64,000 nucleotides of DNA, from sequence record OR637327.1, one strand, 5' to 3'. Each line of letters begins with the position of its first letter. Position 1 is the stretch's first letter. The position numbers and the translations under genes were made by a program. The DNA comes from Klebsiella phage iPHaGe-KPN-11i. The notes beneath the pieces are model-generated. The model was given only the letters and a program-made list of their open reading frames with translations, made no database searches and had not been told where the DNA came from. Positions 1 through 11,826 of the stretch are shown here, piece by piece.

Positions 1-543
1 GATAGCGCCGGAAGCGATAGCAGTACCGGAAGCGATAGCAGCAAACGCGGTGTTTGCACCTTCACCAGAATACATGGTGTCTGGAGCGAACATCGGATGG
101 AATGCTTCACGAACGTTTGCAGGAGTACCGCCAGCCAGAGGATCTTTACCGTATACAGCACGGAGTGCGAACACCTGACCAGTAGGGCCAGTCATAGGCT
201 GAACACCGCAAATGTCGAATGCGATCAGGTTAGGAATCGCACGGCGAACCATACCGATTACAGCAGGGCCAATGTTGGTGATTGCACCGCTGGATTTACC
301 AGAGGCAATGTTGGTTGCGTCGTAACCGTGATCACCTGCAATTTCAGCTTCCGCCAGGAAACCGCCGAAGGATTCAACGATTTTTTCGTCGCGATATACT
401 GGATCAGTATCAGCATCCTTTTCCTGAGTTTCCAGAATTGCTGCAACCAGTTGTTTTTTGGACTTGGTAGCGATATCCGGTAAACCTTCCTGAGATTCCA
501 GAAGATCGTTCCATTTTTCCATCAATTCGTTTTTCTTAGACAT
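1..543 (-). CDS. gp23: major capsid protein gp23, N-terminal part (gene runs off window start)
   Basis: The reverse-strand translation starts MSKKNELMEKWNDLLESQEGLPDIATKS, similar to the T4 gp23 N-terminus (MTIKTKAELLNKWKPLLEGEGLPEIA), and it sits after gene 22 in T4 order. Confidence 0.85.
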   Translation of the reverse strand, partial: MSKKNELMEKWNDLLESQEGLPDIATKSKKQLVAAILETQEKDADTDPVYRDEKIVESFGGFLAEAEIAGDHGYDATNIASGKSSGAITNIGPAVIGMVRRAIPNLIAFDICGVQPMTGPTGQVFALRAVYGKDPLAGGTPANVREAFHPMFAPDTMYSGEGANTAFAAIASGTAIASGAI

Positions 544-562
544 TGTTTCTTACCTTATAAGA

Positions 563-1357
563 TTAGGAAAGGGCTTTAGCCGCTTGTACATATTTATTGA
601 TCTTCGATTTCTCTGCTGGAGGTGTATTTTCATTCACCGGAACAAAGTCATCTTTAGTGGTTGTCTGAGTAGTGGTACTCTCTTCAACCTGTTTTTCCGC
701 TTTAGTCGCTACCATTTCAACGATTGCGGTCAGTTTGGATTCGAACTTGTCGGAATATTCCAAACCTTCGATCAGGTTCTGAACCTTTTCAATTTGCGAT
801 TCAGTCAGATCTTTTGTTTTTTCCGAAACGATGGTATCGCGTTTCATGTTGGCGATCTCTTTAGCCTGAGCCTGATTAGCTTCGAACAGGCGTTTAACTT
901 CCTGCTGATTCTCGGTCAGTTCATCTTCGAGTTCTGCAACAACATCAACCTGCGCTTCTGGGATAACTACGTTGTGTTCAACGAACAGTTCTTTCATTCC
1001 CATTACCAGAGATTCGAACAGATCGGCCTTGATATCACGGGACACGGCTTCTTTGTTTTCAGAGAGCCATTCCTGCGCGATGTGGTCGAAGTATTTATTC
1101 GCATCTTCGTACAGTTTATTTTCGATTTCGCCAGCTTTTTCGGCAACCTGGGCTTCAACCAGTTCATCGGAGAGTTCCGCGATCTGGGCGATGTGGGTTT
1201 CAGCGAGTTTCGCAGCACCTGCTTTTACAGCTTGTTCGAATACAGTGGTGAAGTTTGCTTTCGCATCATCAGAAAGTTCAACTGATTCGAAAATGCTGTC
1301 TAACTCAACTGGGGTATCCAGGTTCTGGGCTTCTGCCAACAGTTGTTCTTTAAGCAT
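563..1357 (-). CDS. gp22: prohead scaffold protein gp22
   Basis: The N-terminus MLKEQLLAEAQNLDTPVELDSIFESV is close to T4 gp22 (MLKEQLIAEAQKIDASVALDSIFESV), and the protein is an acidic coiled coil. Confidence 0.9.
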   Translation of the reverse strand: MLKEQLLAEAQNLDTPVELDSIFESVELSDDAKANFTTVFEQAVKAGAAKLAETHIAQIAELSDELVEAQVAEKAGEIENKLYEDANKYFDHIAQEWLSENKEAVSRDIKADLFESLVMGMKELFVEHNVVIPEAQVDVVAELEDELTENQQEVKRLFEANQAQAKEIANMKRDTIVSEKTKDLTESQIEKVQNLIEGLEYSDKFESKLTAIVEMVATKAEKQVEESTTTQTTTKDDFVPVNENTPPAEKSKINKYVQAAKALS

Positions 1358-1383
1358 TTCTAAGTTTCCTGTTTGATATGATA

Positions 1384-2043
1384 TTATTTATATAGACTTT
1401 TCAAACGTTCAGAGAGTTTTCTGAAAGCGTCATCATCAGCACTATTATTCTCAACAAGCGTTTTGCTTGACTGAGATTCGGTAATCGGCTTAACGTAAGC
1501 ATCTGGAGCGCTTGGCCCCCAAACAACATCAACGCCTACTGCCAATTTAAACCCTTCTTGTACGATACCGTAACCTTTTCCAGAATCGGAAAGTTTACCC
1601 AGTCCGCGAGAAGAAACACCTGGAACCCAACCTGCGCGAATTAACGCCGCGAGTTTATCCCCATCACCGTTATCACCTTCGACAACAACAGCGCGACCCC
1701 AAACGTCATTACCTTTCCACCACAATTTTTCAATTAGGATGCAAGCATTACGCGGATCGACATTCGGTCGCGGCGGGTGATTCATTTCACCCAGAGCTTG
1801 ACGGGTATTAACCTGAGTTCTGATATAATCGTTTACTGCTTCTTCTAATACTTTTTTCGGATACAGTCGCTTATTGCGGTTGACTTTTTCGGCTTGTAGG
1901 AAAATACCTTCAATCCGAAGTTTACCGTCTTTTTTCGACTCACCGACCGATTCTAAAATTGAATCGGAAATATCCGCACAAGGTAAACCCCATTCCTCGA
2001 TTAGCAGCATATCGCCGTTTTCATTGAGTTGGGATTCATTCAT
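1384..2043 (-). CDS. gp21: prohead protease gp21
   Basis: MNESQL...RLYPKKVLE...GEMNHPPRPNVDP...RAGWVPGVSSRGLG is highly similar to T4 gp21. Confidence 0.9.
   Translation of the reverse strand: MNESQLNENGDMLLIEEWGLPCADISDSILESVGESKKDGKLRIEGIFLQAEKVNRNKRLYPKKVLEEAVNDYIRTQVNTRQALGEMNHPPRPNVDPRNACILIEKLWWKGNDVWGRAVVVEGDNGDGDKLAALIRAGWVPGVSSRGLGKLSDSGKGYGIVQEGFKLAVGVDVVWGPSAPDAYVKPITESQSSKTLVENNSADDDAFRKLSERLKSLYK
1385..1392 (-). promoter_or_regulatory. T4-type late promoter box (TATAAATA on the minus strand) upstream of gene 22
   Basis: The plus strand reads TATTTATA, which is TATAAATA on the minus strand, about 28 nt upstream of the gene 22 start. Confidence 0.6.
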
Positions 2044-2045
2044 AT

Positions 2046-2453
2046 TTATAGCCCTAATGCGGCGCGTTTACGGAGCGCTTTTTTACGCTTACGCTGTGCG
2101 CGGGTTGTAATAGAAGGGTTTGCACGTTTTGTTTTTAGCGCACGACGCGCAATTTGGCGACGTTGAGATTTAGTTAAACCAGTTGTTTGATACGCATTAC
2201 GTTCACGGGTTTTGCGGTCTTTTTTACGTTCCACATTACCGCGCGAATCTACGTGTTTAACAATGACTTCATCTAAACTCAAACCCTCGACAATGGACAT
2301 CATAGCCAGGGCTAAATGAGGTTCATTGTCCGCCAAATTTTCGATGATCTTCACAGTGCCGTCATCGATCCCCAGAACATCAACACGGGCTTTCGCTTCG
2401 GTTAAATGGGGTTCGAGATCTTCGACGCTGATTTCTTCGAGTTCGAGTTGCAT
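2046..2453 (-). CDS. gp68: prohead core protein gp68
   Basis: Its position matches T4 gene 68, and it has a basic Arg/Lys-rich C-terminus typical of core proteins. Confidence 0.6.
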   Translation of the reverse strand: MQLELEEISVEDLEPHLTEAKARVDVLGIDDGTVKIIENLADNEPHLALAMMSIVEGLSLDEVIVKHVDSRGNVERKKDRKTRERNAYQTTGLTKSQRRQIARRALKTKRANPSITTRAQRKRKKALRKRAALGL

Positions 2454-2465
2454 TATTTACACCTC

Positions 2466-2723
2466 TTATTCGTCTTTATCGTCGTCTTTTTTATCAGACG
2501 GCTTTTTGTCTTTGTCGTCGCCTTTATCATCGCCGCCTTTGTCGTCGTCATCGTCATCGTTGTCGTCATCGTCGGTTTCACCTTCGATGCGTACAGCTTC
2601 CGCGAGTTCAACGCGCATTTCTTGGCGAAGGGCTTCGGTACGGTCTTCCATGATGGAATAGAATTGCTTCTTCGCTTCCACCAGATCACCGCTTTTGATT
2701 GCTTCGATAAATTCTTTCATCAA
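2466..2723 (-). CDS. gp67: prohead core protein gp67 (poly-acidic C-terminal tail)
   Basis: MMKEFIEAIKSGDLVEAKK followed by a long D/E/K-rich tail matches the T4 gp67 architecture and position. Confidence 0.7.
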   Translation of the reverse strand: MMKEFIEAIKSGDLVEAKKQFYSIMEDRTEALRQEMRVELAEAVRIEGETDDDDNDDDDDDKGGDDKGDDKDKKPSDKKDDDKDE

Positions 2724-4294
2724 AAGTTTTCCTCTTCCTCTTCGGGATTTTTGAACCGTTCTTCTTTGGATTCTTCTTTGATCTGCTTCGCTTGTTCGTC
2801 AATGTCTTCATCAGACATTCGAAGAATCTCTTTCATGATGTATTTATGGGATACATATTTCCCTACTACACCTTCAACCTGTGACATTAACGTTAGGCGA
2901 CGTTCCATGATCTCAATATCTTTCACTTCTGCGTAATATGAATCTTGCTGGAAAATGAAGGAGATTTTGCTAACGTTCTCTTCCCATTCTTCCTCTGTGA
3001 TGATTTTTTTCGCGATCAGGTTAGTTTTTAACGGATCGGAAAGCACAGGGCTGAACTGAATTTGCAGTGTGCGGATAAACTTACTAAATTTCAGTTCATC
3101 ACGGGTGATTTCGCCACCACCACCAATTTGCATACCCCCATCATCGCGAGGCATACGGCTTAATGGCACACGCAGTGATTCATAGAGCTTACGGTTAAAC
3201 CATTTGATATCATCCATATCAGAGAAGTTAGCACCGCCTGGAAGCGTGTCTACTTCGGTGATAGCTTTACCGTCACGACGCATCAACCAGTAATCTTCTG
3301 TCATTGACAGGTTGTTTTGCTGGTTCTTAACAGTACCCGTTTTAGCATCGTACACAACGCGGTTTTTAAGCCCCTGTGCAATGTTATTTACGTACTGTGT
3401 CGCTTTGGTGCCACCCATCTGACCTACGTCGATGTAGAACACACGGCGTTCAGGTGCGCGGGTGATACGGTAGATGACCATCGCATCTTCCAGTAAACGC
3501 AATTGGTTTGCTGGCTTGACTGCGCGGTGAAGATATCCGATAATGTTGTTACTACAATCTTCCAGACCAGAATGCGCATACACGATAGCGGAGCGCGGGA
3601 TTTTAACCTTCTGGTTATGCTGATAGATTTGCCCGTTGTATGTATAGCCAGATTTAGGAGCGCTATACACGAAAAATTCGCGATAACCACGGAATACTTT
3701 CACGCCACCGTCAAGGGTTTCAGTGATAGATTCACGGATCAGTTCCATCGAACGCGGATCGAGTTGACGCAGTTCACGGATACCTTTGCTTTCGTCTTTA
3801 TGCATGATTTTATGGAAGTAGATACGGGAATCCACATACCAATCACGGAACAGACGCGCACCCATGTTATCAAAGTCATAGATATTTAGAACGTTATCAA
3901 ATTCTTCTACGATTTTGTCTTGAATCGCCTTACTAAAATCTGTTTTGGCAAGATCCAAAGTAATGATATCTTTGCCCTGTTCATTCACGATCGCATCGTC
4001 AATAATTTCAGAAACAGCGTTCTCAACTTCTGGGTAAGACATGATGCCGCGATATGTATTAATTAATTGTTCTTTGTTCTGAATCGCCGGATCTTGTCCA
4101 GAATAAAACTGCTGGAATACGCTTGCGTATTTCTGATTAGTCAGATCAGTTTCGATTTCATAAGCACCATCATTATTTTTAGGAGGCGCGACCGAACCTG
4201 TATCATTTTTTAATTGCTGTTCAAGATCTAATTCGTCCTCACGGGCGAAATTCTTGAAAAAGCTAAGTACATTGCCAAAGCCCAAAAAGTTCAT
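2720..4294 (-). CDS. gp20: portal vertex protein gp20
   Basis: There is strong similarity to T4 gp20 (..IDDAIVNEQGKDI.., YRITRAPERRVFYIDVG, TEDYWLMRRDGKAITEVDTLPG). The likely true start is MNFLGFGN (cf. T4 MKFNVLSLF) at 4294 rather than the table start at 4357. Confidence 0.9.
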   Translation of the reverse strand: MNFLGFGNVLSFFKNFAREDELDLEQQLKNDTGSVAPPKNNDGAYEIETDLTNQKYASVFQQFYSGQDPAIQNKEQLINTYRGIMSYPEVENAVSEIIDDAIVNEQGKDIITLDLAKTDFSKAIQDKIVEEFDNVLNIYDFDNMGARLFRDWYVDSRIYFHKIMHKDESKGIRELRQLDPRSMELIRESITETLDGGVKVFRGYREFFVYSAPKSGYTYNGQIYQHNQKVKIPRSAIVYAHSGLEDCSNNIIGYLHRAVKPANQLRLLEDAMVIYRITRAPERRVFYIDVGQMGGTKATQYVNNIAQGLKNRVVYDAKTGTVKNQQNNLSMTEDYWLMRRDGKAITEVDTLPGGANFSDMDDIKWFNRKLYESLRVPLSRMPRDDGGMQIGGGGEITRDELKFSKFIRTLQIQFSPVLSDPLKTNLIAKKIITEEEWEENVSKISFIFQQDSYYAEVKDIEIMERRLTLMSQVEGVVGKYVSHKYIMKEILRMSDEDIDEQAKQIKEESKEERFKNPEEEEENF

Positions 4295-4335
4295 AGTAAC
4301 TCCGAAAAATAATGATAGGGGTATTGCTACCCCTG

Positions 4336-4343
4336 TATTTATA
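4336..4343 (-). promoter_or_regulatory. T4-type late promoter box (TATAAATA) upstream of gene 20, followed by a hairpin in the leader
   Basis: The plus strand reads TATTTATA, and the stem AGGGGTA/TACCCCT lies immediately downstream on the minus strand, ahead of the GGAG SD of gene 20. Coordinates are approximate. Confidence 0.55.
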
Positions 4344-4347
4344 ACCT

Positions 4348-4833
4348 TTATTCCCACCAGTCCAGCGCGAACGTAACCTCAAAGGTTGACACTTCGTTGT
4401 TGCTGTCCCAGTCCAGGGTAACTTCGCCTACGTTAGTAGGGAACAGCCCGTGGATGGTGTGATCGGCGGTAATTTCATCGTTACGGTTTTTCTGTTTCAC
4501 CGTAGCGGTTTTTTTGTAGTTCGCTGGAATATCACCACTAATCTGATCGCCCATTCCGTGCATCATGTTTGACCATGCTACCAGAGCGTCACGCGTATTA
4601 TGCGCGTCATCGTTATAGATCGTGATTGTCCAGTCATCATAGGTACGGTCACCAGCAACGTTGATTTTGCGGTTTTGGTATCCTACCGGAACTTTTTCAA
4701 CTGTAGCCGCTGGCATGGTTGCCGCTTTACACTTGAATTTAAAGTTTTTGCCCAGATACGGGATCTCTACTTCGAACAGGTTCGGACGTGCGAAATCACC
4801 GGATTCAAAGGCGCGTAAAATGTCAGTAAGCAT
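4348..4833 (-). CDS. gp19: tail tube protein gp19
   Basis: RAFESGDFARPNLFEVEIPYLG...KINVAGDRTYDDWT...GLFPTNVGEVTLDWDSNNEVSTFEVTFALDWWE is near-identical in motifs to T4 gp19. Confidence 0.95.
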   Translation of the reverse strand: MLTDILRAFESGDFARPNLFEVEIPYLGKNFKFKCKAATMPAATVEKVPVGYQNRKINVAGDRTYDDWTITIYNDDAHNTRDALVAWSNMMHGMGDQISGDIPANYKKTATVKQKNRNDEITADHTIHGLFPTNVGEVTLDWDSNNEVSTFEVTFALDWWE

Positions 4834-4837
4834 TTTT

Positions 4838-4878
4838 AACCTCGGATTATTTATGGGGGCTTTTCAGCCCCCTTGACT
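4838..4878 (-). terminator. hairpin GGGGGC-TTTTCA-GCCCCC between genes 18 and 19
   Basis: This is a perfect GC stem lying between the gene 18 stop and the gene 19 start. A clean T-run follows on neither strand, so it may be an attenuator or RNA-stability hairpin. Confidence 0.4.
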
Positions 4879-6870
4879 TTATACGGCTTGCGGCCCTACC
4901 AGTTCATCGAAATCTGCGCCTGTAGACGTTGCTACGAAGTTCAGAGTGATGTAGTTGATAGAACGAGGCGGTTTCACGTAGACCGTTGCTACAAACTCGT
5001 TACGGTCGATTACGTCCGGCGTGTTGTTCGTGGTGTCACAGATTACACGGTAATCGTAGCAACCACCCAGCGCACGAATATTAGTCATGTACTGACCTGT
5101 ATCCATACGGAACGAAGAACGGGTGAAATCGTCGTTGTTTTCAAACAGTTTGTATTTCGCGTTATCACCGATGTCTTTCTTGATCATGTTGAACAAGCGA
5201 CGAACGTTGATACGGTCAAATGGACTCGGTACGTTAGTCAGTGTTTTATCACCGAACAGAACGAAGCCGGAACCACCCGCGAAACCAGTTACCGGGTTAA
5301 TCTGAACCTGATACATTGCGTCACGATGTGCTGTGCGCGGTTCGATAGCCAGTTTGATACAGTTGCGGATCTGACCACGGTTGTAACCTGCTGGAGACAT
5401 CCACGGTTGAGAAACGCTATCAGTGTAAACACACAGGCCAGCGATATCACCTGCCAGCGGAACCCAACGGTTCACGTCATTGTATTTATCATACTGATAT
5501 TTATAGTTACCATCCAGGAAGCCATAGCTTGAACTTACGTTCAGATTGTTATCAACAGCAGCACCACCACTGAGTTTATAGCCAGTACGCCATTCAATCA
5601 TGTTATCAACCGCAGTTGCCAGCGGGATATTCACCAGAAGTGAGCGCGGAGGCGACACAAACACGGTACAATCCTGACGTTCATCACCGATTGAAATAAC
5701 ATGTTTCTGAACGGTAGACATAATCTCTACGGTTTCGCCAGCACACGCACCAGCAATCAACAGAGGCACATGCAGAGCTTCGCGATCAGCGAACATATCC
5801 CAACCATTCATCAGTTCATCAGCGCCTACAGTATCGTTTGAGGACAAACCACCGCCGAACTCCAGGATACCGGAGAAGCCTTTAGGCCAGTTCAGGGAAG
5901 TACCGTAAACGTACTGAGAGCCACCGTTCGCGAAAAAGTCATCCATGAAGATGTTGACACCATAGATATCTTTATCGGTCTTCTCGGTTGACACGATGAA
6001 GGATTCCTGTACAATACCACCACGACGCACAACAAAAGCGTACTGGTTATCGGTCTGTGGCCCGTAGGTCATTACAGAACGACCGCTGTTCTTAACGGAA
6101 ACCCCAGAAGGGTAGCCGGAAATCATAGCGCCAGAATCGTAAGCAGCTTTGGAGATAATCTCCACCTGAACAGTTGAACCCAGTTCACCAGGATACAGAG
6201 CCACAACAGACGGCAACTGATATTTCTGGGTAAGAGTCTGGAAAGCGGTTCCCTGAATTGTTTCTTTTGCAATATCCAGGTTCAACAGAGTGATCCCAGA
6301 ATCGCTTTCGATGCCGTCAATCGTAATCGACGCAGAAACACCGGAAGACTGAGAAACAATTTCGGTAGTCCAGCCAGTAGAAATATCTGGGTAAGTACCA
6401 ATCTGTTTAGCACGGGCAACGATTTTTTCGCTTGGAATGATTACCGAGAGGATCTTGCCGTTACTGTCAACTTTGGACACTTTACCTTTTTCTTCTACAA
6501 CAACGCTGTTGTATTTTACTTTAATAGTATCGTTCACAGTGTAGTTAGAACCCTGTGATGCGATAGTTGTTTTGATCTGGTTAAAAATTGCGCTTGCGTT
6601 TTTAGCGGCATCTTTATCGACAACGCGAACCACACGGAGATCATTACCGTACTGCAAGAAGTTAACAGCACTCATGAAATAGTCAGCGGTCAAGTTGTCT
6701 GGGGAACCAAAATAGTTTACCAGTTCGACTTCGTTAGAAATCTGACGGATCTGATAAGCTGGCCCCCATGAAAATTTACCGACAATGGCAGCGCGACCAG
6801 TTGAATTTCGAACAACGGTAGATTGTACCGATGTTTCTTTGGTTTCAATACCTGGAGATTGTAAAGCCAT
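4879..6870 (-). CDS. gp18: tail sheath protein gp18
   Basis: MALQSPGIETKETSVQSTVV..FMSAVNFLQYGNDLRVVRV...NPVTGFAGGSGFVLFGDKT..SINYITLNFVATSTGADFDEL is collinear with T4 gp18 (659 aa). Confidence 0.95.
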   Translation of the reverse strand: MALQSPGIETKETSVQSTVVRNSTGRAAIVGKFSWGPAYQIRQISNEVELVNYFGSPDNLTADYFMSAVNFLQYGNDLRVVRVVDKDAAKNASAIFNQIKTTIASQGSNYTVNDTIKVKYNSVVVEEKGKVSKVDSNGKILSVIIPSEKIVARAKQIGTYPDISTGWTTEIVSQSSGVSASITIDGIESDSGITLLNLDIAKETIQGTAFQTLTQKYQLPSVVALYPGELGSTVQVEIISKAAYDSGAMISGYPSGVSVKNSGRSVMTYGPQTDNQYAFVVRRGGIVQESFIVSTEKTDKDIYGVNIFMDDFFANGGSQYVYGTSLNWPKGFSGILEFGGGLSSNDTVGADELMNGWDMFADREALHVPLLIAGACAGETVEIMSTVQKHVISIGDERQDCTVFVSPPRSLLVNIPLATAVDNMIEWRTGYKLSGGAAVDNNLNVSSSYGFLDGNYKYQYDKYNDVNRWVPLAGDIAGLCVYTDSVSQPWMSPAGYNRGQIRNCIKLAIEPRTAHRDAMYQVQINPVTGFAGGSGFVLFGDKTLTNVPSPFDRINVRRLFNMIKKDIGDNAKYKLFENNDDFTRSSFRMDTGQYMTNIRALGGCYDYRVICDTTNNTPDVIDRNEFVATVYVKPPRSINYITLNFVATSTGADFDELVGPQAV

Positions 6871-6885
6871 TATAGAATTTCCTCT

Positions 6886-9231
<2,346 letters not shown>

Positions 9232-9235
<4 letters not shown>

Positions 9236-10053
9236 TCCCTCGGCTTAGGAGGTTCATCACCAGACGGGATCGGCTTATCGTGCGAGTACGTCTGAATATA
9301 TTCTTCGCCCGTGTAGTCCTGCATAGGCAAATCTACCGGATCGGCTTGACTATCCACGGATTCAAAGTTATCTTTATCTAACGGGTTCATGTTAGAAAAG
9401 AAATCCGTGTAAACGGTTCTGATTTCGCCCTTAACATCGGTTACAGGCGGGTACAGATAACCCTGTAATTCAAACATGAATGACCACTCAACATGACGGC
9501 GTTGATTTGCATCGCCCTCGAATGTGGTATCCGGTGCAACCGACTGGAGACTGATTTTGATGTCTCGGTCAACTGTGATTTCGTTCTTATGCAGTTCGGT
9601 AATCTTACAGTTGAAGTGTGGTTGAAAATATGGCAAAATCTGTTCTGCGATCTGGAACATATCATCTTCATATCGCGTATACACACCCAGTTCGAAAATA
9701 AGACGATACGGCACAGGGTTAAACTGTGTGATAGTTTTTCGTGGGGTTGCTAACTGTGTCATTTTTTGGTTGACCGCGATACTGGTTTTACGGATTGCGT
9801 TATATTGCAGATCCACCAGTGATAAGTTCATGCGCGGTAAAATGGTTTCGGTCTTTGCAACGTTTTCCTGACTCAACGTGTAGTTGAGTTTGTTCATGGA
9901 AGCGAGAAACTTCTCTTTCGATGCATAGGTGATCGGAACCTTAATGTATTTCTCTTGATCTCCGCGTACTCGTTTAACTTGAATGTGATTAAATAGCGCC
10001 CCCATCAGGACGATATAATTACGCAGAGAACTATTATACCAGTAGCCAAACAT
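9232..10053 (-). CDS. gp15: tail sheath stabiliser / connector gp15
   Basis: MFGYWYNSSLRNY..VPITYASKE...TRYEDDMFQIAEQILPYFQPHFN is similar to T4 gp15. Confidence 0.92.
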
Positions 10054-10072
10054 TTTTATTTTCCTGTATGGG

Positions 10073-10098
10073 TTGTGGGTATAGACTTCCGCCTATAC
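10073..10098 (-). promoter_or_regulatory. hairpin (GGGTATAG..CTATACCC) plus CATAAATA late-promoter-like box between genes 14 and 15
   Basis: An inverted repeat sits in the 58-nt intergenic region, and the minus strand reads CCATAAATACG just upstream of gene 15. Coordinates are approximate. Confidence 0.4.
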
Positions 10099-10111
10099 CC
10101 ATATAACGTAT

Positions 10112-10858
10112 TTATGGCAGACTTGCAAACGGTGAACCGCGTCCGTTGACAACATCAAAAGATTCGATGAATTCATCACCTTCTCTTTCAAATTCTTTGT
10201 CTTCTTCGTACTGTTCAATGTTGATATCAGCCAGACCGTCAAGATTTCGAATCGGTTCGAGATCCAGTTCTGCATCAGGTTCGATATGGATTCCTTCATT
10301 TCGCTGCAATTCAGGAGCCAGTTCTTCACCAGTGTAGATGAATTTCGCCAGGTTGATTTTACGTTGAGGACGATCACCGAACTGATAGAACGGATCGGCT
10401 TCTACCCATGTAACTTCAAAAAGGCTATTATCCATAGGGAAATAAATCAAATCCCCCAGAACAGGAATACCACCATCAGTTTGATGTGCGAACAAACGAG
10501 GATTTATTACCAGCGTCATTTCATCGTTTGAGTTCAAACCAAATTTACTAAAGAAATCTCGTTGCCCTTCATAGTTGGCATACGATTCAATATACGCAGC
10601 AATTTTCCATGACTTCGTAAATTTAGATTCTCGGTCTTCTCCAAGAATCTTATCAATATTCACAAAGTCGCGCCGGACGTAATACATATCAGGCGATTTC
10701 ATCTGGATTGATTCTGCTGTCAATGAATCATGTAGCTGTTGTGTCGGGTTGTATTTGTACCAGTTTACATACGGGTTAGTGACCTGATCCTTTAAGTTAC
10801 GATCAACCCCTTCCCCCGTAGACAACTGAGCGAATAAACTTTCATCCCAGTTTTGCAT
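10112..10858 (-). CDS. gp14: neck protein gp14
   Basis: Position and similarity to T4 gp14 (LFAKL, FPMDNSLFEV.W.E..PF.Q.G). Confidence 0.85.
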   Translation of the reverse strand: MQNWDESLFAQLSTGEGVDRNLKDQVTNPYVNWYKYNPTQQLHDSLTAESIQMKSPDMYYVRRDFVNIDKILGEDRESKFTKSWKIAAYIESYANYEGQRDFFSKFGLNSNDEMTLVINPRLFAHQTDGGIPVLGDLIYFPMDNSLFEVTWVEADPFYQFGDRPQRKINLAKFIYTGEELAPELQRNEGIHIEPDAELDLEPIRNLDGLADINIEQYEEDKEFEREGDEFIESFDVVNGRGSPFASLP

Positions 10859-10866
10859 TATTCCCC

Positions 10867-11790
10867 CTACACCATAATGATCGGTACAGCGTCAGACATC
10901 GAAATCAGTTCATCGCGCAGACTTTGCAGTTTGGTTTCCGCTTCCTGGATCAGTCGCGTACCATCAGGAGCAACACCGCCAGGCAATTGCATCCCCTGGA
11001 ATTTAGCCAGAATTTGTCCGTTGATCTCTTTCACCAATGCGGTAGAGTAGTCTTTTACCCAACGGTTGTTATATGCAGACGTTCCGCCTGTAACAGTTGA
11101 ACCCTGTCCCGCTCGTACACCGCCTACAACCGCGTTATACGGGTTTTCGTAGATGTCGGCTATGGATTGGTCTTCCACTGCGTTAGAACCCGCTGTAGCG
11201 TATCCTGCGACGCTTCCTACGGAGCTAGGAACATCAACGAAGGAACGAACCATCGCTTCAAGAACGAGAATATCGCCTTTGTTAACCTGCCCCCATGCGC
11301 AGAACTGACCAGTATCATCGTTAAACCAGTAATCAGGCAGTGGAGCCAACAGGTCTTGCATTGAGCGTTGATAGGACATCATCTGGGTAAAGTATCCCAT
11401 ATCCGCACCGTATGCGTTCATACCGTACACGCTTGATGCACATCGACCGCCCAGAGAACCACCAGTAAGCCCCATTAGGAAATCGGTAAACCACGGATAA
11501 ACCGCTGTCCCGTCCATTGTGGTCAATGAACCCATGTTTGTGCGCAATACCTTCGTGATCGCGAAGATGTGCTCTTTGCTCAAGTCGAACACGTTGCGCG
11601 GGTTATCGTCGCCCAGAGTCAGAATAATATAACTCTTGTTCGTGCCGTTGTAATGATATTCCGCGTATAAGTCTAAAGCGCGTTGAATACAGTCATAAAT
11701 CTGGTCTTGAGTGACTTCAATTTTGATGATTGGTGCGCCCAGACGACGAAGAATTTCATCTTTCAATTGTTCTGGATTATTCGTAATCAT
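10867..11790 (-). CDS. gp13: neck protein gp13
   Basis: ILRRLGAPIIK.E.T.DQIYDCIQRAL..Y.EYH..G, ..YPWFTDFL.G, NNRWVKDY.TAL.KE.NGQILA are near-identical motifs to T4 gp13. Confidence 0.92.
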   Translation of the reverse strand: MITNNPEQLKDEILRRLGAPIIKIEVTQDQIYDCIQRALDLYAEYHYNGTNKSYIILTLGDDNPRNVFDLSKEHIFAITKVLRTNMGSLTTMDGTAVYPWFTDFLMGLTGGSLGGRCASSVYGMNAYGADMGYFTQMMSYQRSMQDLLAPLPDYWFNDDTGQFCAWGQVNKGDILVLEAMVRSFVDVPSSVGSVAGYATAGSNAVEDQSIADIYENPYNAVVGGVRAGQGSTVTGGTSAYNNRWVKDYSTALVKEINGQILAKFQGMQLPGGVAPDGTRLIQEAETKLQSLRDELISMSDAVPIIMV

Positions 11791-11794
11791 ATGA

Positions 11795-11818
11795 TCCTCA
11801 AAAGGGGCTTTCGCCCCT
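11795..11818 (-). terminator. intrinsic terminator after wac (GGGGCGAAAGCCCC + T-run on minus strand)
   Basis: The plus strand reads AAAAGGGGCTTTCGCCCCTTG, which gives a hairpin followed by UUUU on the minus-strand transcript. Confidence 0.6.
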
Positions 11819-11826
11819 TGTTAAAA

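Noticed and set aside
584-1285. 233-aa plus-strand ORF antisense to gene 22
   Set aside because: It is entirely embedded in the opposite strand of a well-supported scaffold-protein gene, with F/L-rich composition typical of antisense translation of an acidic gene, and no SD.
2520-2600. GAT/GAC/GTC triplet-rich low-complexity stretch
   Set aside because: It encodes the poly-Asp/Lys tail of prohead core protein gp67. It is a coding low-complexity region, not a CRISPR or tandem-repeat element.
2326-2936. Ser-rich and Val/Phe-rich plus-strand ORFs (111 and 176 aa) across gp67/gp68/gp20
   Set aside because: They are antisense artefacts of the poly-acidic (GAT/GAC-rich) gp67 tail and the gp20 3' end.
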